A stretch of 63,784 nucleotides of DNA, the filler included, from Candidatus Omnitrophota bacterium (lineage in GTDB: Bacteria > Omnitrophota > Gorgyraeia > Zapsychrales > Zapsychraceae), in the NCBI GenBank assembly GCA_015233495.1. It is 4 parts of 4 records of this genome, joined end to end, with 100 filler letters (N's around TTAATTAATTAA, not from the genome) between each part and the next. Parts side by side here need not be neighbours in the genome. Positions count along the whole stretch, not along the records: positions 17,385 to 34,043 come from JADFXQ010000040.1; positions 34,144 to 50,396 come from JADFXQ010000041.1; 2 more parts are not named here. One strand, 5' to 3'. The notes beneath the pieces were generated by a model. That model saw only the letters and a program-made list of their open reading frames with translations, was not told the origin of the DNA and did not search any database. The position numbers and the translations under genes were made by a program. This document shows positions 27,554 through 35,142 of this stretch, piece after piece. Positions within the stretch are counted from its first letter, which is position 1, and each line of letters opens with the position of its first letter.

Positions 27554-29116
27554 TCAATGAGCCATATTGCCCTGCCGGACCCGTTTAAACAACCATACCG
27601 ACGGCACGCAGGCCAGACATAACAACCCAAACCAGTGAAAATTATCAATAAAAGCCAACAACGACGCCTGCCGTACTGTCTCGCGATAAATAAAACCCAA
27701 GGCCGCGTCCGGCGAAACAACGCCGCCCGCTTGCGCCAGCACCTGCGCCCCGCGGCGCATCGCTTCCTGATACGCCGGATCATACGGGGTCAAATGACTC
27801 ACCAAAGCGTTTTGATGCACTTGGCTCATCCGCGCCAAAAACGTCGCGGCCATTGAAATCCCGACACTGCCGCCGATATTGCGCATCAGATTATACAACC
27901 CCGTGGCATTGCCCATTTCCGAGCGTTCCAAAGTCGCCATGGCTAAAGTGGTCAAAGGAATAAAAATCGCGCTGATCGCCATACCCGAAAATATCACCGG
28001 TAAAAAAATATACTCCGGCCCCATCGCCAAATTTATATTCCCCAATTGATAACACGCCACGCCCAAAACCACCAAACCGCACGCAACAATATACCGGCCG
28101 TCCACCCGGCTCACCAATTTTCCGACGACTGCCGCCATCATAAACGAAAATATCCCGCGCGGGCTTAAGGCTAACCCGCTGTGCAAAGCATTATACCCCA
28201 TCAAAGTTTGTAAAAAAAGCGGCAGCAGCACGGTTGTTCCATAAAGGACAAAACCCAACACAGTAATCAAAAAAACTCCGGTATGAAAATTGCCGTCTTT
28301 GAGAATCCGCAGGTTCACCACCGGTTCTTTAACGCGCAGTTCCCAAAACACAAACGCGCTTAAAGCGGCAACTACCAAAACGGAAGTCCAGACAACCCAG
28401 TCAGCCGCGAACCAGTCCACTTCCTGCCCTTTATCGAGCACCAATTGAAGCGCGCCCAAACCCACCGCCATCAGAGAAAAACCAATATAATCCAAATGAA
28501 GCAAACTGCGTTTTTGAATATACGGCGGATCCTCAATGAACTTCTGCGCTAAAAATACGGAAATAACCCCGATCGGAATGTTAATGAAGAAAATCCAGCG
28601 CCAGGAAAAATTGTCCGTGATCCAGCCGCCGATCACCGGCCCAATGATCGGCGCAATAATCGCGCCTAAAGCAAAAACCGCCATGGCCATGCCGCGCCGT
28701 TCTTTCGGAAAACTTTCTAACAGTATGGCCTGCGAAATCGGCTGCAGACCCCCGCCTCCCGCGCCCTGCAGTACCCGGGCAAAAATTAAAAATCCCAGGC
28801 TCCCGGCAAAACCGCACAACGCCGAAGACAGCGTGAATATCACAACACAGACCATCAAAAACCGTTTGCGGCCGAAAAAACCGCTGAACCAGGCTGTAGC
28901 CGGCAAAATAACCGCGTTAGAAATTAAATAACTGGTTAAAGCCCAAGTGGCTTCATGCGTGGTCGCCGAGAGATTCCCCGCGATATGCGGCAAAGCCACG
29001 TTCGCCACCGCCGTATCCAAAATCTCCATAAACGTCGGCAGCATGACTGCCAAGGCAATCAACCAAGGGCTGTGACTCGGCCGCCATGCGTCATAAGATA
29101 AATTCTGGTTTTCCAT
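27554..29116 (-). CDS. emrB: DHA2 family MFS efflux permease (EmrB-like)
   Basis: FMEILDTAVANVALPHIAG, TSYLISNA, RVLQGAGGG and WRWIFFINIP motifs; 14-TM size. Confidence 0.92.
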   Translation of the reverse strand: MENQNLSYDAWRPSHSPWLIALAVMLPTFMEILDTAVANVALPHIAGNLSATTHEATWALTSYLISNAVILPATAWFSGFFGRKRFLMVCVVIFTLSSALCGFAGSLGFLIFARVLQGAGGGGLQPISQAILLESFPKERRGMAMAVFALGAIIAPIIGPVIGGWITDNFSWRWIFFINIPIGVISVFLAQKFIEDPPYIQKRSLLHLDYIGFSLMAVGLGALQLVLDKGQEVDWFAADWVVWTSVLVVAALSAFVFWELRVKEPVVNLRILKDGNFHTGVFLITVLGFVLYGTTVLLPLFLQTLMGYNALHSGLALSPRGIFSFMMAAVVGKLVSRVDGRYIVACGLVVLGVACYQLGNINLAMGPEYIFLPVIFSGMAISAIFIPLTTLAMATLERSEMGNATGLYNLMRNIGGSVGISMAATFLARMSQVHQNALVSHLTPYDPAYQEAMRRGAQVLAQAGGVVSPDAALGFIYRETVRQASLLAFIDNFHWFGLLCLACVPSVWLFKRVRQGNMAH

Positions 29117-29201
29117 TAGAAAAATCCCGGATAATCAATATAATGGGTGTGTTATTTAAATGAAGCAAATTGATTTTTATTATAACAAAAGAAATTAACT
29201 C

Positions 29202-30071
29202 ATGCGTAAAATCACTGATATATTCAAAAGCCAGCCCATTACCTTTTCTTGCGAAATCTTCCCGCCGAAAACGGAACAAGGCTATGAGAATCTTAAAACC
29301 ACTATCTCGGAATGGGCGCGGCTAAAGCCGGATTTTATTTCCTGCACCTACGGCGCCGGCGGCGGCAACCGAGAAAAAACCCTGGATATCGTGCAGCTAA
29401 TCCAGAACCGGCATCAGATCGCCGGGTTGGCGCACTTGACCTGTGTCTTAAACACCAAACAACAGATCCGGGAAATTGTCGAAGATATCAAACGCCGCGG
29501 GGTACGCAACATCCTGGCCTTGCGCGGCGATCCGCCTTTAGATAATCCGAATTGGCAGCCGGGCGAAAACAATTTTCGGTTTAGTAAAGATCTTTGCGCT
29601 GATATCCGTCTTCAATATGGCGATTTTTTCTCCATTGGCGCGGCCGGTTTTCCCGAAGGCCACATTTTATGCAAAGACCGCGATCGGGACGCCGGTTATC
29701 TGAAAAATAAAATCGAAAATGGCGCGGAATTTGTGATAACCCAATTCTTTTTTGACAATGCCGACTATTTTGCCTATGTCGAGCGCCTGCGGCGTATCGG
29801 AGTGACCGCCCGGGTCATTCCCGGACTTTTACCGATCACCAACTACGAAAATATGATCAAATTCTGCAAAATGAACGGCACGACCATTACCCCGCAGGTT
29901 AAACAAATCTTCGAACCGATTCAAAATGATCCCTCGGCAACGCTTAAAGCCGGCATAGCATTTGCGATCCAGCAAAGCCGCGCCCTCTTAAAGGGCGGCG
30001 CGCCCGGCCTGCATTTTTACTGTCTGAATAAAATCCATCCGACTCAAGAAATCTGGGAAGCGGTTTTATAA
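29202..30071 (+). CDS. metF: 5,10-methylenetetrahydrofolate reductase
   Basis: EIFPPK, TYGAGG, AHLTC, LALRGDPP, PEGH, ITQFFF and GLHFY motifs. Confidence 0.95.
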   Translation: MRKITDIFKSQPITFSCEIFPPKTEQGYENLKTTISEWARLKPDFISCTYGAGGGNREKTLDIVQLIQNRHQIAGLAHLTCVLNTKQQIREIVEDIKRRGVRNILALRGDPPLDNPNWQPGENNFRFSKDLCADIRLQYGDFFSIGAAGFPEGHILCKDRDRDAGYLKNKIENGAEFVITQFFFDNADYFAYVERLRRIGVTARVIPGLLPITNYENMIKFCKMNGTTITPQVKQIFEPIQNDPSATLKAGIAFAIQQSRALLKGGAPGLHFYCLNKIHPTQEIWEAVL

Positions 30072-30773
30072 TGCGGAAAAATAACCGGGATGTTGAACTA
30101 TCCATAACCTGACAGCTTTCAGTAAAAAGTAAACCGCCAAAAATAACAAGACCCAACCACAATATTTTTTAACCGAATCCATCCACTTCCCCGCCTTCGG
30201 CAATTTGGAGAGCAATCCGCTGAACGCGCCAATAAGGATCAATAAAGCGCCCGCGCCGTAAGCGAAGATCAACATCAAAACCACGCCATAAACAATATTT
30301 TGCCGCGACGCAACAAATAATAAAAGACTGCCCAATACCGGAGCCGTGCACGGCCCCATAATAAAACCCGCCGTCAACCCAGCGCAAAAAACCCCCGCCG
30401 CCGTTGCTTTTCCCGGCGCGTCTTTTTGCCCCGCCCAAACTAAGCCTGGCCAACGAATCACCTCCAACATCTCTAAGCCGAATAAAAATATAATGACTCC
30501 GACCCCCGCATAAATAACCGGGGTATTCTGAAACTGCCCAAATAACTTTCCCGTCAACGCGGCAATTACTGCTAACCCGCAATAGACGCATGACATCCCC
30601 AGCACAAACAAAGCGGAAAGCAATAAACCCTGCCAAGCCTTATGTTGAGCATTCAACCGGCCAATGACCGCGGCCATAACCGGGATCACCGGATAAACAC
30701 ACGGCGTGAAACTCACCGCCACGCCGGATAAAAAGGCTATAGCATAATCAAAAATTCCGCCGGATAACATCAT
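30066..30773 (-). CDS. ccdA: CcdA/DsbD-like thiol-disulfide transmembrane protein
   Basis: SFTPCVYPVIP and GPCTAPVL cysteine motifs; LPKAGKWM. Confidence 0.9.
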   Translation of the reverse strand: MMLSGGIFDYAIAFLSGVAVSFTPCVYPVIPVMAAVIGRLNAQHKAWQGLLLSALFVLGMSCVYCGLAVIAALTGKLFGQFQNTPVIYAGVGVIIFLFGLEMLEVIRWPGLVWAGQKDAPGKATAAGVFCAGLTAGFIMGPCTAPVLGSLLLFVASRQNIVYGVVLMLIFAYGAGALLILIGAFSGLLSKLPKAGKWMDSVKKYCGWVLLFLAVYFLLKAVRLWIVQHPGYFSAL

Positions 30774-30785
30774 GGCAACCCCGTC

Positions 30786-31355
30786 TTAAAAAATCCCCGT
30801 CTTAATGGTAAACGTGCTTTTTGCCGCTTCAAAATCCTGGCGGTATTTGTTAAATCCTTTCCCCGTGGCCGAAAAGCGGATTTTAAACATTTTATTCCCT
30901 TCATCCGTCGCGTAAAATTCCAGGATATTGCGTTTGGTTTCTGCGTCCTTAAACATCACCCACTTGAAAATCGGTTCTCCGATTTTGATTTCTCCCTGAT
31001 CGATCAGCTTTGACGCGGTCTGGGACACGCTTTGTAAGATATCCGGAAACATATCCTCAATCCAATTAGGCGCGTCCAAACGCACGGAAGCCACCGTCAA
31101 CTTGGCGAGCGGCTCGCCGGTTTTCAAATTTTTTAACGGGCTGACAAACGTCGCGATTTCCGTGGTCTTGTTCTTCACGAAAATCCCGAGTTCTTTATCA
31201 TCTTTAATTTGTGCCCATCCCAAAGGCGGTTTAAAAGTAAAACCATCCCCGGCATAGGTATCCGATTTGAAAAGCCCGGAAAAAAACAAAAACCGCAGAA
31301 CGAACACTATTGCTACGCCATAAATAAACGATCGGATTATTTTATCGGGATCCAT
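30786..31355 (-). CDS. Hypothetical membrane-anchored protein (PsbP/DcrB-like fold possible)
   Basis: N-terminal TM; GFTFKPPLGW and C-terminal F...F....TF pattern. Confidence 0.55.
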   Translation of the reverse strand: MDPDKIIRSFIYGVAIVFVLRFLFFSGLFKSDTYAGDGFTFKPPLGWAQIKDDKELGIFVKNKTTEIATFVSPLKNLKTGEPLAKLTVASVRLDAPNWIEDMFPDILQSVSQTASKLIDQGEIKIGEPIFKWVMFKDAETKRNILEFYATDEGNKMFKIRFSATGKGFNKYRQDFEAAKSTFTIKTGIF

Positions 31356-31403
31356 AATAAAACACGCGGCCTACGCGCTTACGGGAAGCGCGCAGGTCGC
31401 GTG
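31356..31403 (-). terminator. Hairpin/intrinsic terminator after PFOR
   Basis: Minus strand CACGCGACCTGCGCGCTT-CCCGT-AAGCGCGTAGGCCGCGTG followed by TTTTATT. Confidence 0.75.
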
Positions 31404-31418
31404 CCTTTCTCCAATTAT

Positions 31419-34043
31419 TTACGCTTTCGAGCCCGGTTCATATAATTTCTGCATATTTTCATAAAGCCGCCAGCGGGCCGTCAAATCCGCTTGCGCCAAA
31501 GCGAACAACTCTTTGGCTCGCTCCGGTTTGGCCTGTTGCAGCATCTTAAACCGCGTCTCGTTTTCCGCGAATTGATCAAACGTCATTTTCGGCGCCGCGG
31601 AATCCAACGTAAACGGATTCTTGCCTTCCTTGGTCAACATCGGGTTGAACCGGAACAGCGGCCAATACCCGGCCGCCACCGCATTTTTCTGCTCGTCGAG
31701 CGCGGTGGTCATATTGATCCCGTGCGCGATACAATGCGCGTAGGCGATAATCAACGACGGACCGTCATAAGCCTCGGCTTCAATGATCGCCTTGACCGCG
31801 TGACCGTCATTCGCGCCCAGCGCGATCGTCGCGACATACACATTCCCGTACGTCATAATGATCCGGGCCAAATCCTTCTTGCCCAGACTTTTGCCGTCGG
31901 CCGCGAACTTGGCGACTGCGCCGCGCGGCGTGGCTTTTGAAGCTTGTCCGCCGGTGTTGGAATAAACTTCCGTGTCCAAAACCAAAACATTGACATTGCG
32001 GCCCTGGGCCAACACATGGTCCAAACCGCCGAACCCGATGTCATATGCCCAGCCGTCGCCGCCAAAAATCCAGACGCTCTTTTTCACGAGCATATCCGCG
32101 AGCGAAGCGAGTTGTTTGGCTTCCGGAGAATTGATCCCCTTTAACTTTTCTTTTAAGGCTTCGACCCGGTCCCGTTGTTCAAAAATCTCGGGCTCTTCAG
32201 TCTGTTTGGCTTCCAGAATCGCTTTGGCCAAATCATCGCCGACTTGGCTCGCGAGTTTCTTTAACAATTCGCCGGCGAATTCCTTTTGCTTGTCAATCGT
32301 CAACCGATAACCAAAACCGAATTCCGCGTTATCTTCAAACAGGGAATTCGACCAGGCCGGACCGCGGCCGGCCAAATTTTTGGTATACGGGGTCGTCGGC
32401 AAATTCCCGCCGTAAATCGACGAACAGCCGGTGGCGTTCGCGATGACCATGCGGTCGCCGAACAACTGGGACACCAATTTGATATACGGGGTTTCGCCGC
32501 AGCCCGCGCAAGCGCCGGAGAATTCAAACAACGGCTGGAGCGCGCCAACCGCGCGCACCATAGTCCGGTTGATCCGGCCGCGTTCCAATTCCGGGATTTT
32601 TAAGAAAAATTCCCAGTTCTTTTTCTCTTCGACCCGCAAAGGAATTTGCGGCTGCATATTTATGGCTTTTTTAGTCGGGTCCTGCTTGTTTTTCGCCGGG
32701 CAAACGTGCACGCACGCCCCGCAACCGGTGCAATCTTCAATCGCGACCTGGATCGTGAATTTCAAACCCGCCCATTCTTTAGCCCGGGCTTCGGTAGACT
32801 TAAATGTCGACGGCGCGCCGGCCAAATATTTCGGGTCGTATGCCTTCATGCGGATGACCGCGTGCGGACATACGATGTTGCACTTGCCGCACTGGATACA
32901 AACTTCCGGGTCCCATACCGGCGTGCTTTGGGCGATGTTGCGCTTTTCCCATTGCGTCGTTCCCGTCGGGAAAGTCCCGTCGATCGGCATTTTGCTGACC
33001 GGCAGATCATCCCCGCGCCCGGCCATAATTTCCGCGGTCACCAGCTGCACGAATTCCGGAGCTTCTTTGGCCACCACCAACGGCCGTTGAATACAGCTCG
33101 TCGCTGTGGCCGGGACTGGCACCTCAAACAAATGGGCAATGGTTTGATCCACAGCCTCATAATTTTTCTTCACCACATCTTCGCCTTTGCGGCTATAGGC
33201 TTTCTTGATCGATTTCTTGATTTCCGCGATCGCTTCGTCTTTCGGCAACACACCGGAAATCGCGAAGAAACACGTTTGCATAACTGTATTGATCCGCACG
33301 CCCATGCCGGTTTTTTCCGCCACAGCATACGCGTCGATCACGTAAAATTTAACTTTCTTCTCAATGAGCTGTTTTTGGACTTCACAAGGCAAATGCGCCC
33401 ACGTTTCCTCTTTCGTGTAAGGGCTGTTCAAAAGAAACACTCCGCCCTGTTTGATCTTGCCGAGGAGATCATATTTCTCTAAAAAGACAAACTGATGACA
33501 CCCGACAAAATTCGTTTCCGTTAAAAGATACGGCGCGTGGATCGGGTTCGGTCCAAAACGCAAATGCGACACGGTCAAAGATCCGGCTTTTTTCGAGTCA
33601 TACACAAAATAACCTTGCGCGTAATTCGGAGTTTCCTCGCCGATGATCTTGATCGAATTTTTATTCGCGCCCACCGTGCCGTCTGAACCCAAGCCATAGA
33701 ACATGGCTTGCACGCCTTTGGGATCTTCAATCGAAAAATTCTTGTCAAAATCCAAACTGGCACGGGTCACGTCGTCATTGATGCCGACGCTGAAATGGTT
33801 CTTGGCATTGGCTTTCGTCAATTCCTGGAACACGGCCACGACCATAGCCGGCGTGAATTCCTTGGACGAAAGGCCATAGCGGCCGCCAATGACTTTTTGG
33901 ATCTGGCCGGCTTTGCCGGTTTCATACAAGGCATCCACCACGTCGAGATACAACGGCTCGCCGCCGGCGCCCGGTTCTTTGGTGCGGTCCAACACCGCAA
34001 GGGATTTAACGCTTTTCGGCAAAGCCTCCCCGGAATGCTTGAC
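31419..34043 (-). CDS. nifJ: Pyruvate:ferredoxin/flavodoxin oxidoreductase, 5'-truncated by the linker
   Basis: GGRYGLSSKEF, GLGSDGTVGANKN, two CxxCxxCxxxCP clusters, FSGACAGCGETPY and GGDGWAYDIG motifs. Confidence 0.97.
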   Translation of the reverse strand, partial: VKHSGEALPKSVKSLAVLDRTKEPGAGGEPLYLDVVDALYETGKAGQIQKVIGGRYGLSSKEFTPAMVVAVFQELTKANAKNHFSVGINDDVTRASLDFDKNFSIEDPKGVQAMFYGLGSDGTVGANKNSIKIIGEETPNYAQGYFVYDSKKAGSLTVSHLRFGPNPIHAPYLLTETNFVGCHQFVFLEKYDLLGKIKQGGVFLLNSPYTKEETWAHLPCEVQKQLIEKKVKFYVIDAYAVAEKTGMGVRINTVMQTCFFAISGVLPKDEAIAEIKKSIKKAYSRKGEDVVKKNYEAVDQTIAHLFEVPVPATATSCIQRPLVVAKEAPEFVQLVTAEIMAGRGDDLPVSKMPIDGTFPTGTTQWEKRNIAQSTPVWDPEVCIQCGKCNIVCPHAVIRMKAYDPKYLAGAPSTFKSTEARAKEWAGLKFTIQVAIEDCTGCGACVHVCPAKNKQDPTKKAINMQPQIPLRVEEKKNWEFFLKIPELERGRINRTMVRAVGALQPLFEFSGACAGCGETPYIKLVSQLFGDRMVIANATGCSSIYGGNLPTTPYTKNLAGRGPAWSNSLFEDNAEFGFGYRLTIDKQKEFAGELLKKLASQVGDDLAKAILEAKQTEEPEIFEQRDRVEALKEKLKGINSPEAKQLASLADMLVKKSVWIFGGDGWAYDIGFGGLDHVLAQGRNVNVLVLDTEVYSNTGGQASKATPRGAVAKFAADGKSLGKKDLARIIMTYGNVYVATIALGANDGHAVKAIIEAEAYDGPSLIIAYAHCIAHGINMTTALDEQKNAVAAGYWPLFRFNPMLTKEGKNPFTLDSAAPKMTFDQFAENETRFKMLQQAKPERAKELFALAQADLTARWRLYENMQKLYEPGSKA

Positions 34044-34143
34044 NNNNNNNNNNNNNNNNNNNNNNNNNNNNNNNNNNNNNNNNNNNNTTAATTAATTAAN
34101 NNNNNNNNNNNNNNNNNNNNNNNNNNNNNNNNNNNNNNNNNNN
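34044..34143. other. Artificial contig linker
   Basis: N44-TTAATTAATTAA-N44. Confidence 0.98.
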
Positions 34144-34261
34144 GAAACGCCGCCATCGCCCCAGGAATATCCAGACTCCCGGCCATCTGGGCAAACCCGC
34201 TTTGCTCCAGGAATAAACAGAGACAAAGCAAAATAGAAATAATTTTGTTGATCCGCAACAT
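34144..34261 (-). CDS. 5' end of another large modular protein paralog (truncated by the linker; absent from the ORF track)
   Basis: Near-identical to 37857-37974 and encodes the same MLRINKIISILLCLCLFLEQSGFAQMAGSLDIPGAMAAF. Confidence 0.9.
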
Positions 34262-34356
34262 GGAAAAAAGCCCCTCGATTAAAATGAACTTAACGCCTTA
34301 CGACGAACACCTTTGTGTGGGTCACGTCATCCTTTCGCGCCACAATGACGGATTTC

Positions 34357-34433
34357 TGTAGGGGCGCCCCTACACCTTCGATAATTATCGTCGAAATGAC
34401 GGCTTAACTTGACACGTATGGGGGCGCCCCTAC
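34357..34433. repeat. Two collapsed REP palindromes
   Basis: TGTAGGGGCGCCCCTACA (34357-34374, perfect palindrome) and GTATGGGGGCGCCCCTAC (34416-34433). Confidence 0.8.
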
Positions 34434-34545
34434 AACAAAAAGGAAATTCCTATAGAAGAAATCTACTGCAAGTATGCCTGATATAGGAAGAAAAAACAAG
34501 GTGACTTTAAAGGGAGAGACTCATTTTGTTTGGCAGTGTATTGAC

Positions 34546-34599
34546 CTAATCGCCATAATGCGTGCGGGCGCGTTCGATGAATATGATGTTTTGCTTTTC
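34546..34599 (-). pseudogene. Remnant of the 3' end of a RelE/YoeB-like toxin
   Basis: 54 bp identical to 38126-38179; encodes EKQNIIFIERARTHYGD*. Confidence 0.88.
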
Positions 34600-34622
34600 T
34601 TTCCTAAAGCTATGGGAGAAAT

Positions 34623-35003
34623 TTATTTGACTGATTTGTCAGTAGACAAGCGCCGAATGCGCAATAAATCTTTTGCTGATCGATTGACCTCGTCAGCCCG
34701 AAAACCGCGGGTTGCCATTTTGTGTCTGATCTCATGCAGGATCCAAAGCGCGGGATCCTCTTCCTTGGAATAATCATTCTTATAAGACGCCATATTGTTC
34801 ACCTCCCAAATTTTCAATGCATTTTTAACAGATTCTTCCGGATGCGCGCCGATCTCTTCAACAACAAGAGAGGAAATAAACGAGATCTGTCGTTCCATAT
34901 CTCTTTGAAACCATTTCTGCGTTATCAGTTGACGAACTGGTTTTCTCATGTCGAAATACGCGGACAATATTGATGTGTCGAGATAAACCTTTAATTCGGA
35001 CAT
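34623..35003 (-). pseudogene. Internally deleted PIN-domain toxin fused in-frame to a small partner gene (34623-34793)
   Basis: KVYLDTSILSAYFD...ISSLVVEEI is a PIN N-terminal half (about 70 aa), followed by a GGGAGGTG RBS and an in-frame ATG at 34793 (MASYKNDYSKEED...LHEIRHK). Confidence 0.7.
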
Positions 35004-35142
35004 GCGTCCCCCTTTCATCAACCGATGATCTAATCTGCCAAAATTTTGATAACAGTATACCATTCCAAAAAGCAAACATCAAATTCCAGCTCCGGCTGGT
35101 CTCGAGTTTATAAAAGTTAATTTTGATCCCAGAGAGTAATGG

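Larger units (their letters stand above)
34144..34599. repeat. Direct duplication of 37857-38179 (gene start, leader and toxin 3' end) with a ~137-bp insertion
   Basis: Direct alignment; the insertion at about 34304-34440 is absent from the other copy (CCTTACGA|AGGAAATTCC). Confidence 0.9.

Noticed and set aside
29117..29201. SAM riboswitch upstream of metF
   Set aside because: Only 85 nt of AT-rich divergent promoter region, with no SAM-I/II core motifs.
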